This document shows positions 11,382-24,209 of a stretch of DNA of 64,000 bases, one piece after another. Both the position numbers and the translations under genes were made by a program. Origin of the DNA: Azolla caroliniana (Eukaryota; Plantae; Polypodiophyta); NCBI GenBank assembly GCA_043228905.1, contig JBHGNT010000008.1, forward strand, positions 4,836,001 through 4,900,000, in the 5' to 3' direction. Numbering within the stretch: position 1 is the stretch's first letter; every line of letters begins with the position of its first letter. The notes below the pieces were generated by a model that saw only the letters and a program-made list of their open reading frames with translations, had not been told where the DNA came from and made no database searches.

Positions 11382-14300
11382 TGTCGTGAAGAATTTCGGC
11401 CAGAGGTGGAAATCGGGAACATTGGCTACATCGGCGGGGTGCAGCGCGTGTACGCATCCATGTACATTTAGTGTGAATATCGAGGGCGCCTTTATGGCGC
11501 CGAAGAATAGTCAAGTCGGGGCAGACGATCCCATGTAAGCCGGGATTTATCCCACATTGTAACGCATCCTTGTCCTTGTTCTATAAAAGGAAGGGAACGC
11601 CCTTTGTGAAAGGGTTGTCCATTTTGCATTAGAGGGTATACCGTTAGGTTTAGAGTTAGTTTCTTCTTCTTCTTCTTCTCCTCCTTCGTGTTCGCTTAGG
11701 GTTTGCTTCAGCTCATCTCTTGCGCAAGACCCCACTCGGCGCGACGAGCCCGTGAGCTCCCCGATGGCGGCTTGGCAGCTGACGACTACTGTAACCTGCC
11801 TTGGAACGGCTCAAAGCCGGGAATGTATTCTTTTAATTTTATATATATACATATATACGTTTGCGTCTGTCTATGTATATTCGCGTCTTCGTTGGTGTCG
11901 AGTGCTTCCCCTTTCCTGCACTTCCTGTACTTAAGGGTGTGAGTCGGGTTGGCCTGTGTGTGTGTGTGTGTGTGTGAGTGAGTGTGCGTGAGTCGGTGTT
12001 AAGCGCTCTCTCTCTCTCTCTCCCTTTGGTTGCTTCCGGTGTGCTTCTGGGATGCCCGGAAACGGTGAAGCACAACTTCCTACGCTCCATCACTCCCTAG
12101 TCCAAGACCCCCATGGTCCCGCCTTTCTCCACGCACGCGCGTAACAACACGACATATTTGGTGAACCCGACGTGAAAGGCAGCAAGGGAGGATGGAGTTG
12201 GAAGACGACGACCTCACGGAGATGGTGGCCGAAGTGGTGTTGGAGTCGGCACGAGTGATGATGAGGCGAGAAGCAGCGCAACAAGCGGTTGAGCGAGTGG
12301 TAGAAAGAGTCGGCCGTTTCAGCGGGGACAGAATCCCATTTTACTTGGAAGCCTACAACGCGGAAATGGAGGAGCGTGGCGTAGACGAGGCGTTGAGGCT
12401 GGAGTTCTTCTGTCGGGTCGTGGCTGTCCGGATGCATGGGGAAATAAAGGAGCTCCGTGAGGCTCATAGTTCGTGGGAGGCCTTCGAAGAGGCGCTCCTG
12501 AAGGCATACGGAGGACGGCGGAAGAGCCGGGGACAGCACGACTTCGACTGGTGGGTAGCATCGGCAAAGACCCACCGGGGCGCGACCAAGGCGTTCTGAG
12601 AGTTCGAGTGATGGCTTGCTCGGCTCCCGGAGCGGGAACAAGGTTTGGTGGGGGCGGACAAAGTCCTTTTGTTCGTCAGGTCGATCGACCGAGTGGAACG
12701 GGAAGCCATCGGGATTGAGCTCGTAGACGATGATGGAGCGAATGGGCTTACGGAGGACTGGTCGAAGGTCGGAAGGGTGTGCCAATGGCTAGACAATGAG
12801 CGAGCCGAGAAGGCTAAGAGGAAGGTACGCGACGGCGTGCCATCACAGCGGGAAGAGGCCGAACGGCAAAGAGAGTCGGCAAGGGTCGGCGTTGGGGCTA
12901 GGATTGCGGAGGCGTACGCAGCTCTCGAGGCGATGCTCGAGGAAGAGGAAAGACGGAGGCCGCAAGCCGAGACTGAGAAGACGGACTTGCCCCACGCGAT
13001 GGCGGAAGATCGGTACCACGGTACCACGGGAGAGGGTGCGGAACGAAACGCCCTCTTGACTTGCGGAGATAGAACGGCCAAGGACGAGGCCGAGATACAG
13101 ATCGCGGAACCGGAACGTTGGGACCAGCGGTTTCGGGCGTGTCAGCCCGAGATCCCGGTCATTGGAGAAGCAAGCCCAGACGGGGCTTGCGCGATTGGTA
13201 AGAAGTCGACCGTCAACCACGAACAGTCGGTGGCTACGGACAAGGGCGTAAAATGGACGGGCGATTCTTTGTGTCTTCCCACACTTGCTCCCGAGACGAT
13301 GGCAGTCGGGCCTGAGTGCCCACGTGAGTCCCAAGCGGAGGAAGGCGGCGGAGAAAGGCCAAGAATCACCGGCGAGACGATACGGGGAAGGAACGGACGA
13401 AAGCCCACGGACCCGATTCCGGAGAACTCGGCATTCGGGCCCGTATGCCCATGTAAGACCGAGGAGATGGATGGCGGTACCGAGGAGTCCTGGCACGATG
13501 CCAGCGAAGTCGGATGGGAAACGGCCTGCGAGGAGGCCGAGGACAGACGCGGCACGAGGAGATTGGCATTCCGATACGTGTGGAGCGTAATCCGGTCATG
13601 GATCGTTCGATCGGGGACGGATTTGGCATGAAAGTGCCGATACGGAAGGGGGTGCAGGACGAGCCACCCTCTTTTACATGGGGAGAAAGACCGACCGGGC
13701 GAAGGTCGAGATTTGGAAAGAGAATGAAAGCCGGTCCTATGGGATTCCTTACGCTGATCCGGCTGCAGGCCCAAGTGCCGGCGTGAGTCCTATAAGAGAG
13801 ATCGGTGGCGACAGGAGAACGGGACTCGGCAATCCGGAGAAGGACGAACGGACCTGGACGAGAACCGGGCGGAGCGGACTCCCGGATGACCATTCCGGGA
13901 GGGAGGAAGAGAGCAGGCCTACGAAGAGGCCGAGGACACAGTACGTCGGTACCACGGGAGAGGGTGCGGAACAAAACGCCCTCTCGGCATGCGGAAAGGG
14001 ACGACCCGGTACAGGGTCGGGAAGACAAATCGGGAGCCCAAGGAGGATCCTTCACACCGGCTCTAGAGACTTCGGCAGTCGGCAACGCGGTCGACGTAAG
14101 ACCCAGATACTAACGGTGGTGGCAAGGTGACGAAGGCAATGGGCGTAAGGAAGTCCGGTCCTACGGGATCCCCACACTGGTTCTGGAGACTCCGGCTGTT
14201 CTGCCAACGTGGCAACGTAAGACCAAGGGAGAAGGAAGGTCGCGGCGGGAAACTGGACCCGGTTACGCGGAAGACATGAGGAAAGTCCAGGAGGGACTCA

Positions 14301-15970
14301 AACAAAAGCCGCCCGAATTTCGGCAAGCATAGAAACGGAGTCCGGTCCTATGGGACCCTCACACTGATCCGGAGACTCCGGCAGTTCGGCCAACGTGGCA
14401 ACATGAGACCAAGGGAGAACGACGGTGGCGGCAGGGAACGGGACCCGACGAAACGAGGTTTCGGAAGGAGCCGGTAGGGCAAACACGGGGAGGTGTGTCA
14501 GGCCGGAAGGGCACACCTGGGACAGAACAAGGGTCTCGCAAGTGGCCATCGCAGGTCGGATCGAAGCGTGACTATGGGACGGTGTTCGGCGCGGGCGGTG
14601 CCGAACAAAGGAAGCAGGAAAAGGCACAAGGGAGGTGCCGGGAACGAGGTGACAAGTGCCTAGTGGACTGCACAGGGTCGGAGTCAGGGGATGGCAAGAG
14701 AGACCGGAGGAGGATCCTCCACACTCGCTTCGTAGATCTCGAGAGCTCCGTCGAAGTAGCGAAGACTGACACGGCAAGCACGGGTGACAAGCTGGTGGGG
14801 GCGAGGGGACGACGGCAAGCGGAAGACTCGGGACCTGTTGCAACGGCACGAAGACGGGAGGCCAAGCGGGCCACTACGGGCATGCCTCAACCGGAGGACA
14901 TCGGGCATACGGCAGGAAGCGGGGCGTTCATACGGCCGGACAAGGGCCAGCGAAAGTACGCGTACTATGGAGATCACGGCAGAGGACCCATCGAGGAGTC
15001 GAACAAGCCTATGGGGAGGTAAGCGCGAAGGAAGAATCGAAGCCGACGGATCAAACCGGCAGCGAGCCGGGATGCGGATCACGGAAGACCTGTTTCTCGC
15101 CGGCCGAAATCTCTCACCCTTCAACCAGATTTGGCACGTACCAATGGACGTGCAGTTAGGTGGGGGCGGATGTCGTGAAGAATTTCAGCCAGAGGCGGAA
15201 ATCGGGAACATTGGCTACATCGGCGGGGTGCAGCATGTGTACGCACCCATGTACATTTAGTGTGAATATCAAGAGCGCCTTTATGGCGCCGAAGAATAGT
15301 CAAGTCGGGGCAGACGATCCCATGTAATCCGGGATTTATCCCACATTGTAACGCATCCCTGTCCTTGTTCTATAAAAGGAAGGGAACGCCCTTTGTGAAA
15401 GGGTTGCCCATTTTGCATTAGAGGGTATACCGTTAGGTTTAGAGTTAGTTTCTTCTTCTTCTTCTCCTCCTCCTTCGTGTTCGCTTAGGGTTTGCTTCAG
15501 CTCATCTCCTACGCAAGACCCCGCTCGGCGCAACGAGCCCGTGAGCTCCCTGACGGCGGCTTGGCAGCTAATGACTACTGTAACCTGCCTTGGAACGGCT
15601 CAAAGCCGGGAATGTATTCTTTTTTTTTATATATATACATATATACGTTTGCGTCTGTCTATGTATATTCGCGTATTCGTTGGTGTAGGGTGCTTCCCCT
15701 TTCTTGCACTTCCTGTACTTAAGGGTGTGAGTCGGGTTGGCCTGTGTGTGTGTGTGTGTGTGTGTGTGTGAGTGTGCGTGAGTCGGTGTTAAGTGCTCTC
15801 TCTCTCTCTCTCTCTCTATCTATCTCTCTCTCTATCTCCCTTCGGTTGCTTCCGGTGTGCTTCTGGGATGCCCGGAAATGGTGAAGCACGACTTCCTACG
15901 CTCCATCACTCCCTAGTCCAAGACCCCCGTGGTCCCGCCTTTCTCCACGCACGCGCGTAACAATGCGACA
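11382..15970 (+). mobile_element. Non-autonomous gag-only gypsy LTR element G2 (TR-GAG-like)
   Basis: Highly similar LTRs at 11382-12154 and 15171-15970; PBS TGGTGAACCCGACGTGA (tRNA-Trp) at about 12159; PPT GGTGGGGGCGGA; TSD ACGT/ACAT; gag-like ORFs at 12192-12599 and 12645-13631; no pol motifs. Confidence 0.9.
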
Positions 15971-17905
15971 ACATACAATCAAGAATTGTACGTCTTTCTT
16001 CCCATCAAGACTCCTTACTCGAGAAAATGTCGCATCATTGTCGAACACTTTGGTTTCCATCCGGGACGATGTAATGTACGGTTGCCTAAGAATGATAGGA
16101 TGGGATGTTGAATCTTGAACAAAAAAATGTTGATCTATCTCAACATCGTCAATCATGATGGGGATATTAGGACATGCACCATACAGGTCTTCGGTAGCTT
16201 TCGTTGCTGCACAGATCTTCCACCCATGATTCATATTTATGGGCCATCTTCCCTTTTTGTCAAGTTCAGTTGACATAAGGTTGATCTCGGACCCATGGTC
16301 TATTAAAGCTACGACTTTCTCTTTTCTCTCTCCCAACTTTACTGGCGTCTCTGTCGTTGCTCGTACCCAATGACGCCAAGTATAGTAGTCCACCATATCT
16401 TCATCGACTTTGTCCCTTGCCATCAGTAGGCATTTGCTTTTGCTTTTAGTGGCTTCTGTTCTTCCTCATCCAATCGTTGACTTTTTCTCTTTACGAGGTT
16501 CATGATCGTATCATGGATCTCCTTCTTCGTAATGCCGAGCAATTCCCTCAAGGACAAGGTCACGTGGCTATCAAGAACACGTTCTCGAGAATCTTCTTCA
16601 GATCTCTCATTTGTTCTATGTCCGACCTTAGCTTATAGGTAGGCATAGTTCTTGTCTTCCAAGCGGGGTCTTTGACATCAACGCTCATGGGCCGAACCAT
16701 TTCTTCGACTCGTTTGCTCGGTTTCCTTTTCTAGTTTGAGTTTCCATCCTCCATTTGTAAACCTCGACTTGCTTCTGCATCTTCTTTCTTTTTTGGCGCT
16801 CCTTGTTTAATGTCTTTTTAATGGGTTATCTTGCCCTTCCATTCTTTTTCTCTTTTCATCCACGAACACCTCGTGGTTGGCAACAACTCACTTAAAACTC
16901 GAGATTTGATGTGCTTCTGACACATCCCTTTGATTCATCTCCCATTTGTATACATCAAGAAACTTCATAATGTTCCTTCCATCAAATTGACCCACGACAT
17001 CCACGACACGATCGATAGCCTTCTCCATGCTCGCATCGTTGTCCCTAGATCTCATCATTTGTTCAACGATTACCATCATCCTTTCAAACTCTCCTGCATT
17101 ATTGCTTGAGGATGCCATCTCCAAGTATCTGTCGATCCTCTTCTTGATCCTTCCTACGTCTTCTCCACGTCAGGTTCACCAAGAAAGATGTCGAAGAAAT
17201 CCTCGTGTGTTCGTGAAATGAAGCGAGACCACTAGGGTCCTGAACCAGAAGGATTCGAAGTTTGTACTAGCGTACGCAAGAAAGTATTTTAGATAGATAG
17301 ATGGATGGAGAGAGAAGGAGAGAGAGATTGAACCCTTGACTTCAATTTTTAGAGACAAGATACATCACCAATAAGATAACTATATCTCTTATTAGAAATT
17401 TCTTCCTTCAATACATAGCTTCTTCCCCCCATACACAAGCCCAACTAGAGGCTTTTATAGGTCCTTCATGCCCCAAGGGCTAAAACCATGGGCTAAAACC
17501 ATGGTTTTATGCACACGGTTTTTATATGTTTGTTTCCTATGGAATGTTGAATATGAAAAGAAAATGTATAAAATCTAAAGCACTTGGTAGTAGCTTTAGT
17601 GATAAGTCAATTTGTCTCCTATCTCGGAAGTGCAAGGTTCAAACCTTGCTTGCACCCCTCTGAGTGCACTCAAATGTTACTAGGCTTTAGTCTTATTTTT
17701 ATATTTACAAATGTTTGAGTGCACATCACATGTGCACATGTTTAACCTTACATCTAGTCTTTCTTTTCCAATTCTCATTTCATTCCTAATTACAACATGT
17801 TAGCGTATGTGTGTGACCATCACCCCTTTCACACGTGCATATTGCACCTTCTTGATTTTGTCCGTTCCCCATGATTTTCACACCGTTGCTAGAAATCTTA
17901 TGACA

Positions 17906-18582
17906 ACATGTCTGTGCTCAAGGAAGGGGCATCTCCCGACGAAGATGCACAAACACTCGGGAAAATGTTAGGGTACACAAAGGCCCTACCAATCACCAAA
18001 ACTTGGAGGGTCGGACGTGACACTACTAGGAAGAGAGCTTTAGTCCTTCAGTTTAAAGACTTGGAATCTAGAATCACATTTTTTAACAAGAAGACCAATT
18101 CTTCGAGGATTAGGCGGGGACCCTATCTACCTAGATGAAGACCTCACCAAGATGCAAATTGAGCACCATAAAACTTGTATGCCATGAGTCATACAAGCTC
18201 GTAAAGAAGGGCATCACGCCTTTTACCAAGATGGACGAGTGATAATAAATGATCGTGCCGCCAATTGATAGCGTGTGGCTCATGTGACAGACAATAAAAT
18301 TAGGATGACTTTATGGAATTGTAACGGTGCACTTTGGACACTCCCTGGTCATCTAGAGGAGATTTTGAAGGTATCTGATATACTTTTCTTAGTGGAAACA
18401 CATCAAAGTCCAAATAGAGGACTACCACGAGTTGAAGGTTTTTGTTGGGAATTTGTCTTTAGACAAACCTCACGTCGACACACTACTAGCGGGTCTGGAG
18501 GGGTTGCAATACTATTTCGCAGAGAGATACATAAGAGGATAGAAATACAAAAAGACAAACCTAGAAGCCCGTTTTATGTGGG
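17906..18582 (+). mobile_element. LINE fragment (end of ORF1 and start of AP endonuclease)
   Basis: ORF1-like RALVLQF...IYLDEDLT...AFYQDGRVIIN; APE motifs LWNCNG, DILFLVETH and GSGGVAILFR. Confidence 0.75.
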
Positions 18583-19410
18583 TGATTTGTTTCTTGGACT
18601 GCCAATCAATTGCTCCACATGTTAGTGTATAAACATACCCACTAGTAGATTTCCAATTATCTACATCTTCCCCCCAATAAGCGTCAGACCAATTGGTAAG
18701 ATTCGAGGACGGATTAGTCCATCCACTCAAAATGACTTGGGATGAGTCTGATTGTGTGAATGAATAATTAATCGTTAAATCTTTAGTATGCTTACAGTAT
18801 CAAAGTATACATTTAAGAGCTTGCCATTGTTTTGGACCTAGATTGACCATGAAACATGATAATAAAGCAACATTAAAACATATGTTTAGCCTCGTAGAAC
18901 TAACTAGATACTTGGTACATCCTATGACTTGTTTATACGCTACATTTTCCATTTCCAAAGATTCTTTTGTAGTTTTAAGGGCATCGTGTAAGGATTGTGA
19001 GTGGAGTAGATATTGGATTACAATGTAACATGTCAAAACGTTTAAGAATTTAGATATATATTGTGATTGAAATAAAGAAATTGTACCTAGAGTATGATTT
19101 CTTTTAACTTCAATTCCGAGAAAATAAGACATGGGACCTAGATCAGTGATTGAAAATTTGGACCTTACTTCTTGTTTACATATAGCGATATAAGATAGAA
19201 AATTTGATACTAATGGTAGATCATCTACATATACTCCTATTAATCTGAACTTAGATGCATCCTTTTGAAGATATATATTGGGTTCATTCCTTAATTGGGT
19301 AAAAAGTGCAAACGTTGATACCACAATGGAGGTGATTGGTGAAGTCCATAGATTGCTTTTCAAAGTTGACATACATGATTTGGAAATTGAACTTTCAAAG
19401 TAAGGTGTTG
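18583..19410 (-). mobile_element. Old Ty1/copia RT/RNase H fragment
   Basis: GVYVDDL, DLGPMSYFLGIEV and STSGYVYTLTCGAIDWQSKKQ. Confidence 0.85.
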
Positions 19411-20554
19411 TAGCATATACACTTCGTCACTATTTGAACATCCATGTAAAGAATCGGATGGATTCTATGCAGCGGAAGAACTGTGTGTGTGCGTGTTTGG
19501 AGAGAGAGAGAGAGAGAGAGAGATTACCGAAAAACAGAAAATTGTATTACAAGGAAACAAGAACGACCAACAGGTTACAAGGAGAAGGAGAAGGTGCTTA
19601 TGTAGTCACCTTCTCTCTAGATTCTCTCACTAGAGGCCCCTCCTGGGAAAGAGTTCGAGTCTTAACTACTTAAGGAATATGTGTCATAGGATATTAACTT
19701 CTATGACACACTAGTTACTGTTGAGCGGCAAGTGCAACTGGAGCCGGATCGGCTGGATAAGCCTGAGCCGGTGAGCGAGACGGATCGGTAAGCCGGTGAG
19801 CAATCGAGCCGGCAAGCAACAGAGCCAATGAGCTCGGGAGCCGGTTATCTGGATCCAATCGATAACCGGAAGCCTAGTATTAGTTTAGACTACTAGGCAG
19901 TTATAGTCTCCTAGTAAGTGTCAGATGCTCGTGTGAGCATTGAAGTACGCGATACTTTTGTCAGTCCCACGAGGACTTGTATAAATAGTGCTACTGAGCA
20001 TAGTTGTAAGAACAGAGTGTTTATATTGTTTTGAATATAGCTTTTACATTCTGCTCTCTCTGTCTCTCCCGTGTACTCTGTGTATTCTCTGCTTTCTCTA
20101 TTTTCTAACACTTCCGCAAGTAATCGTTTACATGGTATCAGAGCGCGAGGGTTGAGAACCTCTACAGCCGACAAACGCTTGAAAGCAAATCCTAATAGGT
20201 CGTAAGAATAGCAGACAGAGAAGTGATGGATAGAGGAATGGCTAGCTCGCTCCCTGTGGAGAAACTCGACAGATCCAACTACGCATCTTGGTCGTACAAG
20301 ATGCACCAGTACCTGCTTGGGCATGACTACTGGAGTTTCGTCGAAGGAGCCAACGAAACAGCACCTGATGCGGCACATAAGGATTTCCCAGTGTGGGAAC
20401 AATCGGCAAGCAAAGTGATGTACTGCTTCGCATCCAGTGTTGGAGACCAACTGTTGAGCCACATTCGAGACGCCGAGATGCCGAAGGAGGCTTGGGGAAA
20501 CCTCAAGAAGGTTTTCGTATTTTAGTTTTAATCTTAGGTTTATTTATGTCTTAA

Positions 20555-20593
<39 letters not shown>

Positions 20594-21999
20594 AGTTTTA
20601 ATCTTAGGTTTATTTATGTTTTAATCTCTCACTCTCTCTCTCTTTCTCTTTAGTTTTAATCTTAGGTTTATTTATGTTTTAATCTCTCTCTCTCTCTCTC
20701 TCTCTCTCTATTTTAATTAGTATGTTAATCCCCCTCCCTTTAAGCCTATCTTTTAATTTTAATTTCTTTCTAATTACCCCACCCTTTAATTTATTTTTAG
20801 GTTCATGTTTCTAGATTTAGATTTCATGTTTGTTAGTTTTCGGGTTATGTTTTTTGTTTTAGTGTTTATGTTTCTAATCTTAGTGTTTTAAACCCCCACC
20901 CCTCTTCCTTTTTGTTATTCCTAATCATGCCGGCTCCCTCTCCTTTCTTCTACCTCGTCTTCGATTCGGGTGCGCTCAAATCGAGCGTGGTGTTCCTCTT
21001 CGTCTACCTCTACCCGCCGATAATCGACCATTCCGCACTCCTTGTTCCGACCGTAAGGTCCATAAACTTACAATAGCGACTTCTTCTATGGAGGCCCATG
21101 TATCGGGGATAGGCACCCACATCGAGCGAGCATCGTCATCGACCACCGAGCCCTCGATCGTGATGAGTGCCCCCGCAAAACGTTACGTGGCATTTGCGAA
21201 TGGCGTCATCGACTTTCTTCTTCTCCTCCTCTCTTCTCGACATCCCCCTCGTACACATCGCTCCCCGTCATTCCTAGCATACAACCCTCTTTTGTAACAC
21301 ACGAGACTACATATTGTGGCCGTGAAATCTTTACTTAAGCTTTAATTTTTTGTTTTTCGATAGGACATGCTCGGGACTACTTTTTTAGTAGCCGGCAATT
21401 TTGTACCCTTCTCTCTACTTTTCAAAATTACTAGCCTACCCTTCCCCTCACTTTTCCCTAATCACCACCCTACCCTTCCCTCGACTTTTCAAAATTACCA
21501 CCGTACCCCTCTCTCTACCTCTCAAAATTACTACCCTACCCTTCCCCTCACTTTTCCCTAATCACCACCCTACCCTTCCCTCGAATTTTCAAAATTACCA
21601 CCGTATCCCTCTCTCAACTTTTCAAAATTACTACCCTACCCTTCCCTCGTACTTTTCAAAATTACCATCCTACCCTTCCCTCGACTTTTCAATATTACTA
21701 CCCTATCCTTCCCCTCATTTTTCCCTAATTTCCACATTACCCCTCCCATTACCCTTTAGGTTAATACCCTCCTACCCACCCTACCCCTACCCTCACTTTT
21801 GAAAATACCCTCTCCCTCGCTCTCTCTCTCTCTTCTAATCGTGTCTTAATTATGTTTCTCTAGTTCGTAATAGCACCTCTTTATTTCATTTCTATTAGTA
21901 TGGTAATCCTCTCCCCTCCCCGTAACCCTTGTTTTTAAATTTTAATTATGTTTTTCGTCTCGTATTTTAGTTTTAATCTTAGGTTTATTTATGTCTTAA

Positions 22000-22042
<43 letters not shown>

Positions 22043-23707
22043 AGTTTTAATCTTAGGTTTATTTATGTTTTAATCTCTCACTCTCTCTCTCTTTCTCTTT
22101 AGTTTTAATCTTAGGTTTATTTATGTTTTAATCTCTCTCTCTCTCTCTCTCTCTCTATTTTAATTAGTATGTTAATCCCCCTCCCTTTAAGCCTATCTTT
22201 TAATTTTAATTTCTTTCTAATTACCCCACCCTTTAATTTATTTTTAGGTTCATGTTTCTAGATTTAGATTTCATGTTTGTTAGTTTTCGGGTTATGTTTT
22301 TTGTTTTAGTGTTTATGTTTCTAATCTTAGTGTTTTAAACCCCCACCCCTCTTCCTTTTTGTTATTCCTAATCATGCCGGCTCCCTCTCCTTTCTTCTAC
22401 CTCGTCTTCGATTCGGGTGCGCTCAAATCGAGCGTGGTGTTCCTCTTCGTCTACCTCTACCCGCCGATAATCGACCATTCCGCACTCCTTGTTCCGACCG
22501 TAAGGTCCATAAACTTACAATAGCGACTTCTTCTATGGAGGCCCATGTATCGGGGATAGGCACCCACATCGAGCGAGCATCGTCATCGACCACCGAGCCC
22601 TCGATCGTGATGAGTGCCCCCGCAAAACGTTACGTGGCATTTGCGAATGGCGTCATCGACTTTCTTCTTCTCCTCCTCTCTTCTCGACATCCCCCTCGTA
22701 CACATCGCTCCCCGTCATTCCTAGCATACAACCCTCTTTTGTAACACACGAGACTACATATTGTGGCCGTGAAATCTTTACTTAAGCTTTAATTTTTTGT
22801 TTTTCGATAGGACATGCTCGGGACTACTTTTTTAGTAGCCGGCAATTTTGTACCCTTCTCTCTACTTTTCAAAATTACTAGCCTACCCTTCCCCTCACTT
22901 TTCCCTAATCACCACCCTACCCTTCCCTCGACTTTTCAAAATTACCACCGTACCCCTCTCTCTACCTCTCAAAATTACTACCCTACCCTTCCCCTCACTT
23001 TTCCCTAATCACCACCCTACCCTTCCCTCGAATTTTCAAAATTACCACCGTATCCCTCTCTCAACTTTTCAAAATTACTACCCTACCCTTCCCTCGTACT
23101 TTTCAAAATTACCATCCTACCCTTCCCTCGACTTTTCAATATTACTACCCTATCCTTCCCCTCATTTTTCCCTAATTTCCACATTACCCCTCCCATTACC
23201 CTTTAGGTTAATACCCTCCTACCCACCCTACCCCTACCCTCACTTTTGAAAATACCCTCCCCTACTTTTTATATTTTCATTTCTAGCCCTCCCCTCATCT
23301 AAACCCATGCTTTATCCCTATCCCTACCCCTCATCTCTCTTAAAACTCTACCTTCCCCTTCTCTCTTCCTTTTTAACCCATACCTTCCCCTCTCTCTTAC
23401 TTTTTAACCCCACACGTGTGCCCACATCACCATTCCCTTTTCTCTAGCTTATAACAACTTTACCCCTCCTTCCTTAAACATGCACATGCACGTGTGCACA
23501 TATGCACATCCCTTACCCCTCTCTCTCACTTCTCCCTACACTCTTTCCCATACCCTCTCACTCCCTTTTCCCTATCCTTAAAAAACCTTAAAACTTACAT
23601 CCCACTATCTTTTTCTCCCTTAAATGTGCACATATGCACATAGCACACCCTTGCCCCCCACTCCCAACTTTGATCCCACATCCTCACTATACCCCTCTCC
23701 TAAAATC

Positions 23708-23718
23708 CTATATAAACC
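23708..23718 (+). promoter_or_regulatory. TATA box upstream of the hammerhead
   Basis: CTATATAAACC ending about 15 nt before ribozyme stem I. Confidence 0.55.
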
Positions 23719-23733
23719 CCCTCCCTCACCCTC

Positions 23734-23794
23734 ATGGTCTTATGTTGGCACTGATGAGCCCGTGATGGGCGAAACTAGTTTGCCATAAGACCAT
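23734..23794 (+). ncRNA. Type I minimal hammerhead ribozyme; predicted cleavage after GUU at 23780
   Basis: Stem I AUGGUCUUAU-guu-GGCA pairs with UGCC-AUAAGACCAU. CUGAUGA at 23751-23757. Stem II GCCC-GUGAU-GGGC. GAAA at 23771-23774. Palindromic mini stem III ACUAGU followed by U. Confidence 0.9.
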
Positions 23795-24046
23795 ACCTCA
23801 AACCCCATGTAATTTTTCATTTATAATGTTAATTACATGATTTTAATTATGCTTCTCTCCCTCGCTCTCTCTCTCTCTCTTCTAATCGTGTCTTAATTAT
23901 GTTTCTCTAGTTCGTAATAGCACCTCTTTATTTCATTTCTATTAGTATGGTAATCCTCTCCCCTCCCCGTAACCCTTGTTTTTAAATTTTAATTATGTTT
24001 TTCGTCTCGTATTTTAGTTTTAATCTTAGGTTTATTTATGTCTTAA

Positions 24047-24089
<43 letters not shown>

Positions 24090-24175
24090 AGTTTTAATCT
24101 TAGGTTTATTTATGTTTTAATCTCTCACTCTCTCTCTCTTTCTCTTTAGTTTTAATCTTAGGTTTATTTATGTTT

Positions 24176-24209
<34 letters not shown>

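Larger units (their letters stand above)
9088..17905 (-). mobile_element. Decayed Ty3/gypsy element G3 (5' LTR, PBS-Trp, gag, protease, RT) interrupted by G2 and a solo LTR
   Basis: LTR at 17189-17905; PBS TGGTGAACCTGACGTGG at about 17165-17181; gag ORF 16888-17124; protease ALIDHGSEINLM in ORF 15896-16423; RT ORF 9859-10836 with PFLDDIPIKG. Confidence 0.9.

Noticed and set aside
17586-17656. Functional tRNA gene
   Set aside because: No convincing acceptor or anticodon stems; kept only as a tRNA-like motif.
21140-21200. GTGATGAG...GCGAA as a second hammerhead
   Set aside because: Lacks the CUGANGA cytosine, a GAAA box and pairing stems.
21367-21802. Pro/Tyr-rich ORFs, duplicated at 22814-23249
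   Set aside because: Translations of a pyrimidine-rich minisatellite; no domain evidence.
23260-23857. Deleted module interpreted as a spliced intron
   Set aside because: No GT-AG boundaries on either strand.
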